Counted from the stretch's first letter, positions 1 to 10,737 are shown. The stretch is DNA of 64,000 bases from an uncultured Candidatus Saccharimonas sp. (GCA_943353165.1 CALRAM010000003.1:32026-96025); one strand, 5' to 3'. Program-made: numbers and translations. The notes: a model not told the origin generated them from the letters alone.

Positions 1-891
1 CTTCATTGCTTCAGGCAACTGCCGAACCAGGCTCCTAAACTCTAGTTTTTCCAAGATATCGCGTAGTTTTTTGGGGTCACATTTACTACCGTCTACTTCT
101 TTTAGGTCCAATTTTATAGGGGCATCGGTCCAGATTGATGCTAGTTTTTTGCTCAGATAAGCCATGTCTTTATTGGCTTCTAGTTTCTTTCGGGTGGATT
201 CTTTTATCAAATCTAGGTTTTCATAAACCCCGTCCAAAGTCTTGAACTCTTTTAGTAATTCTATGCCTCCCTTTTCGCCGATGCCCAGAACTCCTGGGAT
301 ATTGTCCGAGCTGTCGCCTTTCAAAGCCTTTAGGTCTAAAAATTGCTCTGGCGTGATACCGTATTTCTTTATAAAGGTATCAGGCCGAAACAATTCTATA
401 TTACTGAGCCCTTTTTTGAGAGCATAAACATGAACTAGTGGGTTTACTAGTTGTAGCATATCCAAGTCTGATGTAATCAGTTGAGTCTCTATTCCTAGGG
501 CAGAAGCCTGAACTGCCAAGGCGCCCATTATATCGTCAGCTTCGTAGTCATCTAGCTCGTACAGTGGCCAGCCAAAGGCATCTAAAACCTGATGCAATAC
601 AGGTATCTGAGCATAAAAATCATCTGGCGGCGGTTTGCGACCAGCCTTGTAGTTTGGGTACATTTCCAGGCGCTTGCGAATATTGGTTTTGGGTTTGTCC
701 CAGGCTACACAAACATAGTCAGGCTTTAGTCGCTTTATAACTTCTAGTGCCATAGTGGAAAAGCCAAATACCCCTCCGGTAGGTGTACCGTCTATTGTGC
801 TCAAGTTTGGCATAGCATAGTAGCCCCGATAAAAAACCGACTTGCCGTCTATAATAGCCAACCGTTTGGGCGTAGTCTTTTCCTCGCTCAT
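1..891 (-). CDS. polA: DNA polymerase I, N-terminal 5'-3' exonuclease part (partial; 3' end of gene lies beyond window start)
   Basis: Minus-strand reading frame open to the window edge, with ATG as the complement of 889-891. It is absent from the ORF track because it has no stop in the window. My translation MSEEKTTPKRLAIIDGKSVFYRGYYA..VAWDKPKTNIRKRLEMYPNYKAGRKPPPDDF..YEADDIMG..ITSDLDMLQLV..LKGDSSDNIPGVLGIGEKG carries the classic 53EXO/FEN motifs. Confidence 0.85.
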   Translation of the reverse strand, partial: MSEEKTTPKRLAIIDGKSVFYRGYYAMPNLSTIDGTPTGGVFGFSTMALEVIKRLKPDYVCVAWDKPKTNIRKRLEMYPNYKAGRKPPPDDFYAQIPVLHQVLDAFGWPLYELDDYEADDIMGALAVQASALGIETQLITSDLDMLQLVNPLVHVYALKKGLSNIELFRPDTFIKKYGITPEQFLDLKALKGDSSDNIPGVLGIGEKGGIELLKEFKTLDGVYENLDLIKESTRKKLEANKDMAYLSKKLASIWTDAPIKLDLKEVDGSKCDPKKLRDILEKLEFRSLVRQLPEAMK

Positions 892-934
892 ACAATCAAT
901 TATACGCTATACGAGTGCTATACTTTAGATAAGT

Positions 935-3706
935 ATGAGTGGTGAAAAAAAACAGCTAGCGTATTATCGCATCAGTGCCGATGAAGCCATGGAACAACTC
1001 CAAAGCTCCAGCGAAGGTCTGAGCCAAAAGACAGCCCTTTCTAGAGTAACTGAATATGGTGCCAACCAACTGATTATCGCCAAAAAAGAGTCCGTTTTGT
1101 TAAAATATTTGCGACAGTACAAGGATCTGATGATTGTATTGTTGTTAGGTTGTGTTGTGTTGTCGTTTGTCACATCCGATCCACGAACTGGTGCGGTGCT
1201 AATAGCTTTGATACTATTTAATACCCTCATCGGTTTTGTCCAGGAAAACAAAGCCGAAAAATTGATGGAAAGCCTAGAACTTTTGATGGTACCATTCGCA
1301 AAAGTTATACGTGACGGCGCCCTCCACGAGGTTTCATCTACCGAACTGGTTCCAGGAGACATTGTTTTTGTAGAGTCCGGTGACAGCGTGCCAGCAGACC
1401 TCAGACTAATCGACGAAACCGAGCTAGCGACCAACGATTTTGCACTGACAGGAGAGAGCAATCCAAGCCGAAAGTTTACTCATGCCATAGAGGCTGAAGT
1501 AGAAATGGCCAACAGGCACAACCTGCTATTTATGGGAACTACAGTAGCCATTGGTGAAGCACATTGTCTGGTCATAGCTACCGGTATGCAGACGGAATTG
1601 GGCCGTATCGCTAGCCTGAGTACTACAACCTCTACTAGTTTGAGCCCGCTTCAAAAAGAGATAAATAATATTGCTACTATTGTTACAAAAGGAACAATAG
1701 TGCTTTGTGCAATATTGTTACCCGTATCTATTTATTATGGCCACCAGCCATTCAAGATAGCCCTATTGTTCGCCATAGGAATAGCCAGCTCAATTATTCC
1801 CCAAGGCCTACCGGCAGAGATAAACTCTGCCCTGGCCCAGGCCGCCAACAAACTATCGAAAGCCAGGGTTCTGGTAAAAAAATTATCGGCAGTTGAAACC
1901 CTAGGATCGACTACTATTATATGCACCGACAAAACCGGCACTCTGACAAAAAATCAAATGACAGTAGAATCGCTGATGATAGGCGAAAAAATTTATACAG
2001 TTAGTGGTGTTGGGTATGAATCCTCTGGGAATATCATGGACAAGGCAAAAACTCTTTCTAGTGAACAGCTCAAAGAGCTACAGTTATTCTTTGCCAATGG
2101 AGTTTTTGCTAGTAATGCAGAAATTAGTCCTCCTGACAATGAACATGCGACTTGGTATTGCTTGGGAGACCCTACGGAAGGAGCCCTAATAACACTGGCC
2201 CACAAAGCAGGTATAAACACCGCAGAAATAGACCAGAAATACCCCGAACTAAAAGAATTTCCCTTTGACTCGGCCCGTAAACGCATGAGCTCAATTAGAA
2301 AATTTGGTCCTGATGGGCAACTATATGTGTTTATGAAAGGTTCTCCAGAAAATGTCATGGAAAGGAGCGACAGCATTTGGAACCATGGGCATATTCGTAC
2401 GTTATTGCCAAAGGACAAAAACCAGATTATGACCCAGCACAACGAATGGGCAAACGATGCTATGCGCAATCTGGCCTACGCCTACAAAATATTGCCGGCT
2501 GGAACCGACATAAAAAAACTAAAGATGGACGAACTAGAAAAAGAAATGATCTTTTTGGGGTTGGTTAGTATGGCCGATCCAATCAGAAGCGAGGTTGCCG
2601 AAGCTATGGCTGCTGCTCATATTGCACACATAAAAGTGTCTATCATTACGGGCGACTTTGCTCCAACAGCCAAAGCCATAGCCATAAAAGCTGGGTTATC
2701 AAGAAAAGCCGACGAGATATTGGTCGTCAGCGGCGAAGAGCTACGTAATCTGGAAGATTCCAGAGTTCTCCAGCTGGCAACCAGAGGAAGCACTATATTT
2801 AGTCGCGTAAGTCCAGAGGACAAACTACGGATAGTAGGACTGGTGAAAAACAGTGGTCTAGTCGTAGCAGTTACTGGCGATGGAATAAACGATGCGCCTG
2901 CCCTAAAAAAAGCGGACATCGGGGTTGCCATGGGAAAAACTGGCACAGATGTAGCCAAACAATCTGCCGACATAATTCTGCTGGATGACAGTTTCCATAC
3001 ACTCGTGGGTGCGATAAAACAAGGTAGAGTCGTATTCCAAAACATCAAAAAAGGCACCCTGAGCTGTTTTACCAGCAACTCAGCCGAACTAGTAGTCAAC
3101 CTATCCAGTTTGGCTGCCTTGCTAGCCTTTGGAGTGCCATTGGCCTTGACTGTCATGCAAATTCTGGCCATTGACCTAATTGCAGAGCTGTTCCCTATTG
3201 CGGCGCTCGGTTGGGACAAAGCCGACAGCGAGGTGATGAGTGATTCTCCACGCAAACCAGAAGACCATATTTTGAACGGTCGGTCTATTATAGATTTGTT
3301 GTGGTGCGGTCTGATAATCGGAGGATTGGCTTTTGCTAACTATCTAATGTTCTTTTGGCGACATGGAGCAGCTATCGATAGCGTCCAGACAGGCTCGCTG
3401 TTACATACAAAAGCTACAGCCATGACTTATTTGACTATAGTGCTTTGTCAGCTACTGAACATTCTACAAAGGCGCAGTAATAAAGGTTTGTTTACTGTCT
3501 ACCAGTTTCATAACAAACGACTCTGGATTGCCCTGCTATTTTCTATGCTAAGCGTAGGAGTCATACTCTACAACCCCATAATCGGATCATATTTTGGTGC
3601 TGGCCCACTGAGTTTAATCGACTGGATCTACGCCCTAGGCGCCGCTTTTATCTTTGTAACAATCAGAGAGCTCCAGCGAATATACTCCAGAAAGCGTATT
3701 ACCTAA
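935..3706 (+). CDS. cation-transporting P-type ATPase (type II, Ca2+/Mg2+-ATPase-like)
   Basis: 923 aa. Motifs present: TGES, phosphorylation site ICTDKTGTLT, hinge TGDGINDAPALKKADIGVAMG, and about 10 hydrophobic segments. The transport-site motif reads IPQGLPA rather than PEGLP. Confidence 0.9.
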   Translation: MSGEKKQLAYYRISADEAMEQLQSSSEGLSQKTALSRVTEYGANQLIIAKKESVLLKYLRQYKDLMIVLLLGCVVLSFVTSDPRTGAVLIALILFNTLIGFVQENKAEKLMESLELLMVPFAKVIRDGALHEVSSTELVPGDIVFVESGDSVPADLRLIDETELATNDFALTGESNPSRKFTHAIEAEVEMANRHNLLFMGTTVAIGEAHCLVIATGMQTELGRIASLSTTTSTSLSPLQKEINNIATIVTKGTIVLCAILLPVSIYYGHQPFKIALLFAIGIASSIIPQGLPAEINSALAQAANKLSKARVLVKKLSAVETLGSTTIICTDKTGTLTKNQMTVESLMIGEKIYTVSGVGYESSGNIMDKAKTLSSEQLKELQLFFANGVFASNAEISPPDNEHATWYCLGDPTEGALITLAHKAGINTAEIDQKYPELKEFPFDSARKRMSSIRKFGPDGQLYVFMKGSPENVMERSDSIWNHGHIRTLLPKDKNQIMTQHNEWANDAMRNLAYAYKILPAGTDIKKLKMDELEKEMIFLGLVSMADPIRSEVAEAMAAAHIAHIKVSIITGDFAPTAKAIAIKAGLSRKADEILVVSGEELRNLEDSRVLQLATRGSTIFSRVSPEDKLRIVGLVKNSGLVVAVTGDGINDAPALKKADIGVAMGKTGTDVAKQSADIILLDDSFHTLVGAIKQGRVVFQNIKKGTLSCFTSNSAELVVNLSSLAALLAFGVPLALTVMQILAIDLIAELFPIAALGWDKADSEVMSDSPRKPEDHILNGRSIIDLLWCGLIIGGLAFANYLMFFWRHGAAIDSVQTGSLLHTKATAMTYLTIVLCQLLNILQRRSNKGLFTVYQFHNKRLWIALLFSMLSVGVILYNPIIGSYFGAGPLSLIDWIYALGAAFIFVTIRELQRIYSRKRIT

Positions 3707-4287
3707 AGGTTTAGTATCTTTTGGACTTCTGTCTTGAAGGCTTCGGCGCTGTTGCTGTCATTTTGCAGGAAAATATCTGACTTTTCTTTGACTGCGTTCA
3801 TATCCAATGTCGATTTATCGTCAGTCTGACGGTTCATTTCGCGAGCTTCGTCTGCCTGAAATTCTTTAAAAGACAAACCGTGCTCGGCATGCGTACCTAT
3901 ACGCTCCTGAAGATTGTCTTGGATCCGCCTGTAACGGACTTTTGGGTCCGCATCTACCCATATCATTTGGCCGCCAAACTTGTGGATGCTATCTGCTTCG
4001 CCAGGATGGCGCAAACTACCCACAACCAGGCCTTTGTACTTGCCTTTTGGCTGCTGATTGAAAAGTTCTATGGCTTTGTCCACAACAACACCCATACCGT
4101 GCTGACGACGCCATTCCGAGCTCAGCATCGCCTTGTGTTTTCTGTCCAACGCCCAGCCTCTGTTGTTTAGCTCGCTAACGAGCATTTCTGTGGCAGAGGC
4201 GCTAAAAAACCCGTACTTTTCGGCCAATAAATTCATGACCGTATCTTTGCCGCTGCCATTTGTTCCAGATAATCCAATGATATTCAT
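3703..4287 (-). CDS. P-loop nucleoside/nucleotide kinase-like protein (dephospho-CoA kinase / dNMP kinase-like fold)
   Basis: N-terminal Walker A motif MNIIGLSGTNGSGKDT. I prefer the ATG at 4287 over the TTG at 4356 used by the ORF track, because kinases of this type start just before the P-loop. Substrate is not assignable. Confidence 0.6.
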   Translation of the reverse strand: MNIIGLSGTNGSGKDTVMNLLAEKYGFFSASATEMLVSELNNRGWALDRKHKAMLSSEWRRQHGMGVVVDKAIELFNQQPKGKYKGLVVGSLRHPGEADSIHKFGGQMIWVDADPKVRYRRIQDNLQERIGTHAEHGLSFKEFQADEAREMNRQTDDKSTLDMNAVKEKSDIFLQNDSNSAEAFKTEVQKILNL

Positions 4288-4377
4288 CTCTTGTATTCTA
4301 ACAGAGTCTGGCCGAATGGTTTTGGGGTTCCGTTTTACCGATATAAAATGAATCAAAGGATTGTTTTATAGAAAAAC

Positions 4378-5520
4378 CTACTTTATATAGTCGTGGAGCT
4401 TCTTTGCGTCTTTGTGTTTTCGTAGTTTTACCAATGCCTTTGCTTCTATCTGCCGAATTCTTTCGCGGGTCACAGAAAATTCCTGACCGACTTCTTCTAG
4501 GGTGTGACTTTTGCCGTCTTCTAGTCCAAATCTAAGCTTTAAAATCTTTTGTTCGCGTTCTGTTAGAGCACTTAGCATATCTTTGACATGCTCCTTTAAC
4601 AGTTGACCCGTGGCCGATTCTTCGGGGCTGGCCGTATCTTCGTCTTCTATAAAATCGGCCAAGACTGAATCTTCGTCGTCGTCTCGGACACTAGCGTCTA
4701 GCGAGCTAATATCCTGTTTTATTTTCATGATGTGCTCGACTTTTTCTACATCTATTTCCATTTCTTTGGCAATCTCCGAGTTGGTTGGTTCTCTATTTAG
4801 TTCCTGCGTCATTCGTCTTTGGGTGCGAAGCAACTTGTTGATAGTTTCTACCATATGAACGGGAATACGAATAGTTCGGGCTTGATCGGCAATCGCCCGT
4901 GTAATTGCCTGACGAATCCACCAAGTAGCATAAGTAGAAAACTTAAAGCCTTTGTCCGGGTCAAACTTTTCGACTGCGCGCAAAAGACCCGTATTGCCTT
5001 CCTGTATTAGATCCAAAAGGTCAAGGCCACGGCCAACATAACGCTTTGCGATACTGACAACCAGTCGCATATTTGCTTCGGCCATCTGGTCTTTTGCTGC
5101 TTTTTCACCAGCTACAACTCTATAAGCCAAGGCCAGCTCTTCTGGTGAGGTCAACAGTGGTATTTTGCCAATCTCTCTTAGGTACAAACGTACAGAATCA
5201 TCAGAAACATCGTCAACGTAGGCCTGCGGCACGACGGCCGCTTCCTCTTCACTGTCTTCTGTTTCCCACTTGTCAGATAACGCTTCAGCATTTGGTTCTG
5301 TTATACCTGCGACCATAATGTTATCGTCTGCAAGTGCTGTGTACAGCTGGTCCAGTATGTCGATGTTTTCAGGGACATCTGGGATAGACTTGTTTATATC
5401 GCGTAGGTCTATCTTGCCTTCTTTTTTGGCTTTTGCTATTAGTGAGTCCTTTATTTGTTCTATGCTCATCTCTAACGGAGCGTCTTTGACGATGGCATCA
5501 ATTTTTGGCTTTTTTGGCAT
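4378..5520 (-). CDS. rpoD: RNA polymerase primary sigma factor (sigma-70)
   Basis: 380 aa. Region 2 reads [32 protein letters not shown], and region 4 reads [24 protein letters not shown]. Confidence 0.95.
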   Translation of the reverse strand: MPKKPKIDAIVKDAPLEMSIEQIKDSLIAKAKKEGKIDLRDINKSIPDVPENIDILDQLYTALADDNIMVAGITEPNAEALSDKWETEDSEEEAAVVPQAYVDDVSDDSVRLYLREIGKIPLLTSPEELALAYRVVAGEKAAKDQMAEANMRLVVSIAKRYVGRGLDLLDLIQEGNTGLLRAVEKFDPDKGFKFSTYATWWIRQAITRAIADQARTIRIPVHMVETINKLLRTQRRMTQELNREPTNSEIAKEMEIDVEKVEHIMKIKQDISSLDASVRDDDEDSVLADFIEDEDTASPEESATGQLLKEHVKDMLSALTEREQKILKLRFGLEDGKSHTLEEVGQEFSVTRERIRQIEAKALVKLRKHKDAKKLHDYIK

Positions 5521-5542
5521 AATTTTGTACTTCTCCTTTGAT

Positions 5543-7291
5543 TTATAATTTAGTCGGCTTTAGTAGTTCGTCTAGAGCTTTGGCCTGTTCCAATAGATGC
5601 TTTGTATGCTCTTCGTCAGATGACAACAAGGCTTCGGTCAAGGCTCTTTTTTTACTTTTTACATAGTGTTCTATCAGTCGAATCTGCAACCGGGTGGCTT
5701 CGTTACGAAGCTCTAATAACCCGAGATCCTGATAGAGTTCTTCATACTGTAGAGTTAAAATTTTAACATAATCTGGTATTTCACGCAACGCTTTGGCTGT
5801 CGTAGTGTCGTCTGTGAAATCAGGATTATCGTTCAAAAACAGCAACATTACCCTGCTGTCTTGGTCATAAAGCATATCTGGTCGCAGTTGTTTTAGGTAG
5901 TATCTTAGGGGTGGCTGAGTAAAACATATCGCCAACAAGTGGTCTTGAACGCGCTTTAGTTCTAGACGAGTTTTGTCTATCTTTTTATCTATCTGCTTAT
6001 TAGCTTTGTAGATTATACGACCGTCGTTTATGAGCCTTAGCTCGTCTTTGACCGCTTCTTCGCTATAACCCAATATTTTGGCAACTTTTTTGATATAGAC
6101 GCCTTGTTCTCCGGCACTTTCTAATCGTTTAACGGATGATAGTACTGCTTGCTTGAATTGGTCTCGTCCCGAAAATGTGCTCAGGTCGGCGCGCTTTTCG
6201 TATTGTGCAATCAGCCAATCTTGGGCGTCTTGGTGTTTGGTTATAACATTTTTCCATGCCAATGGGTCTTTTTTTATCAGTTCGTCTGGGTCCTTGCCCT
6301 GAGGTATATCTATGATGCTTAGATTTACTCCTACCATGTTGGCGAGTGGTATCGCCCTCTCTGTAGCTGCTATGCCTGCATTGTCCTGATCATAGGCCAA
6401 ACGAATATCGTTGGAGAACCTCCCCAATGTTTTTAAATGCATCTCTGTCATAGCCGTTCCAGCGGTCGCGACAACCTGCCTGACTCCTGCCTGATAACTA
6501 GCAATTACATCCAAGTTACCCTCTACGGCCACGACGAATTTTTCTGCTCTGATGGCTTCTTTGGCCAAATGCAGTCCATAGACATGACGACCTTTGTCAT
6601 ACAGCAGTGTCTGTGGGGTATTCAAATATTTTGGAGCATCCGGATTGTCTATCAGTAGCCGAGCCGTAAAACCAATAACTCTACCCTGCGCATCCATCAG
6701 TGGAATCATTATTCGTCCCCGAAACATATCGCCACCCTTGTACCTCTGGGTTATCAGCCCAGATTGTTGCAGTTCATTGTCATTAAAGCCCTGTTTTTTC
6801 AAAAAATTCAACAAAGCCGTGCCCGTGTTTGGGGCATATCCAATCTGAAATGCCAAAGCTACCTCTTTTGTAAAAAGACGCTCTTTAAAAATATATGCTA
6901 AAGCTGCACTGTTTTTCGAAAAATGAGCCTGATAAAATTTTGTGGCTAGTTCGTTGGCTTTGTATAGTCGTTCTTTTAGTTGCCCAGTTTGGGCGTTATG
7001 TCCTGTCTGATACTGCGTCAAATCTATGCCCGCCTTGCGAGCCAAAAGCTCCAAAGCACCCCTGAAATCCAACCCTTCCATCTCCATGACAAAGCTGAAC
7101 ATATTGCCACCCTGGCTACTACTAAAATCATGCCAAATCTGCTTTTCTGGGCTGACCATCAGGCTGGCTGTTTTTTCGCCGCTAAACGGACTGAGCCCCT
7201 TGAAATTGCGACCGGCACGTTTTAGCTGGACGTAATCACCGACTACATCCTCAATGCTCAACCTGCCTTTTATGTCTTCTACCGCATCCAT
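5543..7291 (-). CDS. dnaG: DNA primase
   Basis: 582 aa. The TOPRIM region ([19 protein letters not shown]) and the N-terminal primase zinc-finger-like region align with E. coli DnaG, but the Cys/His zinc ligands are substituted (see findings). Confidence 0.9.
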   Translation of the reverse strand: MDAVEDIKGRLSIEDVVGDYVQLKRAGRNFKGLSPFSGEKTASLMVSPEKQIWHDFSSSQGGNMFSFVMEMEGLDFRGALELLARKAGIDLTQYQTGHNAQTGQLKERLYKANELATKFYQAHFSKNSAALAYIFKERLFTKEVALAFQIGYAPNTGTALLNFLKKQGFNDNELQQSGLITQRYKGGDMFRGRIMIPLMDAQGRVIGFTARLLIDNPDAPKYLNTPQTLLYDKGRHVYGLHLAKEAIRAEKFVVAVEGNLDVIASYQAGVRQVVATAGTAMTEMHLKTLGRFSNDIRLAYDQDNAGIAATERAIPLANMVGVNLSIIDIPQGKDPDELIKKDPLAWKNVITKHQDAQDWLIAQYEKRADLSTFSGRDQFKQAVLSSVKRLESAGEQGVYIKKVAKILGYSEEAVKDELRLINDGRIIYKANKQIDKKIDKTRLELKRVQDHLLAICFTQPPLRYYLKQLRPDMLYDQDSRVMLLFLNDNPDFTDDTTTAKALREIPDYVKILTLQYEELYQDLGLLELRNEATRLQIRLIEHYVKSKKRALTEALLSSDEEHTKHLLEQAKALDELLKPTKL

Positions 7292-7414
7292 ATCTGTTCA
7301 TATTGTACGCTACCCAACACAGACTAGCACAAACGTTAAGTACTCGGGGCCGATAATTCCACTAGATTTATAATTAGTTAGCTGGCGGTTGATATAACCT
7401 TGATAGTAGTTGAT

Positions 7415-7924
7415 TTATCTTTCTAGGCCGGTAAGCAATTGGACCCGCGTTGCATTTGAAGGTTCGTGGTTTTCTATTACTATAATGCCATGTACGTCCA
7501 ATCCTATAGAGCAGTGATGTCTAGAAACAGTTTCAGCCATATTTTCCAAACCTTTTACGCCCCTGCCTATTTCGTGCATAACTCCATTTTCTAGATCTAT
7601 AACAACACTTCCGTCTTTGGTTGGTATGACCAGCGACTTGCCCGTACCATTAGGATTATCTGGGTTTGGCCTAAAATAATCGGGTCCATAAAAACGGATA
7701 GTTGCCGTAGTATATGTGTGATCACGTGCTCCCAATTTTAACTCTGCCACTTCAAACGTTGCGTCCTTGCCCCATTCGTGTGCCGAGGCATATTCTGCAA
7801 TTCCTCTTAGGGCTTGGGATTCCCCGTCAAAAACCACTCTTTCGGTAGGACCTAACTCTACGCCTTTTAATAGTTCGTCTCTAGTACGATCATTGTCTAT
7901 AGGTAATTGTGACTTTTCGCTCAT
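7415..7924 (-). CDS. hypothetical protein with C-terminal FHA-like domain
   Basis: 169 aa. The C-terminal stretch IGRGVKGLENMAETVSRHHCSIGLDVHGIIVIENHEPSNATRV fits the FHA pattern (GR..., SR.H..I, ...D/N..S.NGT.V). Confidence 0.55.
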   Translation of the reverse strand: MSEKSQLPIDNDRTRDELLKGVELGPTERVVFDGESQALRGIAEYASAHEWGKDATFEVAELKLGARDHTYTTATIRFYGPDYFRPNPDNPNGTGKSLVIPTKDGSVVIDLENGVMHEIGRGVKGLENMAETVSRHHCSIGLDVHGIIVIENHEPSNATRVQLLTGLER

Positions 7925-8134
7925 ACGATGATTTATCCTTTATTATTTTTTGATTATTATTTTCAAAAAGTTCCCTGTTCCAAAGCTACAGATATTAGCC
8001 GATATGTGCCCTACATAACCGCCTGACATTAGTCTAAATGGACTTATCGTATTAGACAAACCTAAATTCTAGACTTAACACTAAAAGTAATGAAGTTACC
8101 TTAGCTAAAAAACCAGAAATCTGGCCTAAAGAAC

Positions 8135-9055
8135 CTAGTCCAGCTTACAAATTTCTAGCCCTAGGTCTAGAGCTCTTTTCTGTGAAGCCTCCAATATTTG
8201 GCTAACTGTATCAGAATCAAACCCTATAGTAGCGCCTTTATTCAGCAATGTTTGTCTCCCTTTTTCTTTGCCATAACCTTCTCCTAAAGTAACCGTTGAG
8301 GACGTAGTAACCGCCCGTAACGTTTGCGTAAATCTATCTATCCCCTCTGCCAGAGCGCCCAACTCCTCTTTGGAAATTTGGAGTGTACCGTCTTCAGAAA
8401 ACACATGTTCGAGTGTCTTTGAAAGAGAGTCTCTGAGTAATTCGCCGCCTAGTACTACGCCAGTTACGTGGTCATCAGAAATATCATGTGCATAGTAAGC
8501 TTCTTCGCCTGTAGAAATCGGGTATTTTCCGTCGCGAAACGATCTAACATAATCTTCAGGTGGTATTACCCCGGTATCAGCAAACAGTTCGGCTTCGACG
8601 CCGGCATCTTTTAAGTGTCTCTGAACCGTTATAGGGGTTGGTACAAGAGTCCCTTGCTCCGTAAAAGCAAAACCTACCAAGGCAAGCAATGGTTCAGTTC
8701 CTGTTCCGAAACTTAGGCTGGGATTCAAATTACCAAACTGACGCCCATATCCAGTAGGCAAATATTTACCATCATTGTTGAGTACTATTTCCATTGATTT
8801 ATCTACTGGATCTCCATTTGCTGGATTAGTTCCTTTAATAAAATATTCTCCTTCCGGAAGGTCGTCTAGCTTGCCTGGATTGATTGACTCCCACGGCATT
8901 CTGGAATCTGTACTGTCAAATATATTAACGTCAGCCGGAAGATTGGTCTCGTAATCGTCGCCAAGCCCAATGTCAGGCTTCGGCAATACTAAAGTATCTC
9001 CTATATCGTCAGGGTTAATCTGCTCATTTGGTTGTATGGGTACATCTTCGGACAT
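8135..9055 (-). CDS. conserved hypothetical protein, paralogue family member 1 (Y-x-TNLP / GKYP[VI]S / HDIxDDH motifs)
   Basis: 306 aa. Clearly homologous to 21039-21998 and 22110-23084. A hairpin CCAGA-TCTGG followed by a T-run (about 8107-8125, minus strand) is a likely terminator. Confidence 0.75.
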   Translation of the reverse strand: MSEDVPIQPNEQINPDDIGDTLVLPKPDIGLGDDYETNLPADVNIFDSTDSRMPWESINPGKLDDLPEGEYFIKGTNPANGDPVDKSMEIVLNNDGKYLPTGYGRQFGNLNPSLSFGTGTEPLLALVGFAFTEQGTLVPTPITVQRHLKDAGVEAELFADTGVIPPEDYVRSFRDGKYPISTGEEAYYAHDISDDHVTGVVLGGELLRDSLSKTLEHVFSEDGTLQISKEELGALAEGIDRFTQTLRAVTTSSTVTLGEGYGKEKGRQTLLNKGATIGFDSDTVSQILEASQKRALDLGLEICKLD

Positions 9056-9158
9056 GTTTTTATTTTTTATTTACCTGCAAATAATTTAGCATAACCCTAA
9101 CTAAATGTCAAGGTGTTAGTGGCGGGGCTTTACCGTAGCCTCTATAACCTGTAACATA

Positions 9159-9815
9159 ATGCTTATGCAACCCAATCAAATACCACCGCCAGCACCACCT
9201 CCAGTATTGCCGGCAAAACCTGCCAATCCAAACACCAACCCATACGCCTTTTTGTACGAACAACCAAAAACCAAAAAAAGCAGCCTACTGCCTTCTGGCA
9301 ATTCCACAAAACAGCGAATCATTTATGTACTGGCGGCTCTAATAGTCTTGGTTTTTGTTGCCATGCTGGTAATTTCGTTTATCGGCAGTGCCGGCAAAGA
9401 AAACACCGCAAATCTAAAGATAGTTGTAACCAAACAAGCAGAGCTAATCCGCGTATCAAACATAGGAGCCGCCAAGTCAAAGGACCAAACCACCAAAAAT
9501 CTGGCCATAACTACCAGTCTGAGCATTTCTTCTAGTCAGGCATCATTGCTGGCTCTGCTAAAAAAGTCTGGCATAAATATTACGCCAAAGGACCTAGCAC
9601 TTGGCTCAAAAAGCGCAACTACTACCCTGCTGACAAACGCCGAACAGGCAAACAATTTTGACGAGGTATTTGTAAAAGAACTCCAAAAAGAGATCTCCGA
9701 ATACAGATCGTCCATAAAAACCGCCTACGACAGTACTGAAGGAGAAAACACCAAAAAAGCCCTGGACAACGCCTTTAGCCAAACTCAAATATTGTTTCCC
9801 CCCAAATCAAACTAG
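9159..9815 (+). CDS. hypothetical single-pass membrane protein (Pro-rich N-terminus)
   Basis: 218 aa. It has a Pro-rich cytoplasmic head and one TM segment (IIYVLAALIVLVFVAMLVISFIG). I recognise no family. Confidence 0.6.
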   Translation: MLMQPNQIPPPAPPPVLPAKPANPNTNPYAFLYEQPKTKKSSLLPSGNSTKQRIIYVLAALIVLVFVAMLVISFIGSAGKENTANLKIVVTKQAELIRVSNIGAAKSKDQTTKNLAITTSLSISSSQASLLALLKKSGINITPKDLALGSKSATTTLLTNAEQANNFDEVFVKELQKEISEYRSSIKTAYDSTEGENTKKALDNAFSQTQILFPPKSN

Positions 9816-10180
9816 ATAGTGGCGGGCTCTTCCTTTTTGGCGCTAGATACCAAGTCGTAGCTGTGGCGAATCAATCCCTGAACTTCCTCCCAAGGTAGCT
9901 GCCCTGTCAGCAAAATCGTGTTCCAGTGTTTTTTGTTTAGGTGGTAACCTTCCTGTACGGTTTCGTATTTGCTTCGCAACACTAAGCTCAACTGGGGGTC
10001 GCATTTCAAACTTATCTGTAACGGGTCAGATTTTTCGGTTATCAGAGCAAACATTTTATCTGCGGTTTCAGATTCTGGACCGATAATTTTGTAAACCGCA
10101 ACTTCTTTGCCAAATGGATAGTCCAATTTTGTGTTCGGCATAGACAACACATACTTTTCGACTGTTTTGTGGCTGATCAT
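9812..10180 (-). CDS. MmcQ/YjbR family DNA-binding protein
   Basis: 122 aa. The pattern YPFGKEVAVYKI...KMFALI...ISLKCDP...EGYHLNKKHWNTI is typical of the YjbR fold family. Confidence 0.7.
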   Translation of the reverse strand: MISHKTVEKYVLSMPNTKLDYPFGKEVAVYKIIGPESETADKMFALITEKSDPLQISLKCDPQLSLVLRSKYETVQEGYHLNKKHWNTILLTGQLPWEEVQGLIRHSYDLVSSAKKEEPATI

Positions 10181-10737
10181 GGCTGCGACTTGAACCAGTC
10201 TATATAATGTTGTAGCTCGGCAATTGACGCCTGAATGTCATCAAAGGCACGGTGAACTTCTTTTTTCTCAAAATCCACACCGTTTTTGCCCTGCATAAAA
10301 ATTTTCCAAGAAGTTACGTCCAACATACGATAATGCAGTTTTAGGTCCAATGCTGGCATCCACTGCTTTATAAATAATCTGTCGTTGTGAATAGAGTTGC
10401 CTGTCAATATGGCCGGTTCTTCCCCAAAATACTCGGCCACAAAAGCCAACAATTCTTTTTCTATTTCTGCCAAGGGTTTGCCTTTGGATAAATTATTTAC
10501 AAAATCATCGCGGTTAGCCGGATAGTCACGCCACCAAATGTTTTTCTGCATCCGGTCTACGACGACATCGTGTTTTTGCTGAAACCGTGCCTCGTAACTA
10601 CCCAAAGTACGAAAATTGAAATCTGTAACTTCGGCGGCAATTTCTAAAATAACGTCTTTTTGAGCGTCTAAACCGGTCATCTCTAGGTCGACCCACAATA
10701 GTTTGGTAGGGATTTTGTCTTTTCTGAACTCTGTCAT
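10177..10737 (-). CDS. orn: oligoribonuclease
   Basis: 186 aa. DEDDh exonuclease motifs are present: LLWVDLEMTGLD, ILEIAAEVTD, SIHNDRLFI, HRAFDDIQASIAELQ. Confidence 0.88.
   Translation of the reverse strand: MTEFRKDKIPTKLLWVDLEMTGLDAQKDVILEIAAEVTDFNFRTLGSYEARFQQKHDVVVDRMQKNIWWRDYPANRDDFVNNLSKGKPLAEIEKELLAFVAEYFGEEPAILTGNSIHNDRLFIKQWMPALDLKLHYRMLDVTSWKIFMQGKNGVDFEKKEVHRAFDDIQASIAELQHYIDWFKSQP

Noticed and set aside
9159-9173. The identical 14-nt start ATGCTTATGCAACC (MLMQP) is shared by the genes at 9159 (plus strand) and 31740 (minus strand).
   Set aside because: The match is too short to distinguish chance or a common N-terminal preference from a real shared element. The proteins diverge immediately afterwards.
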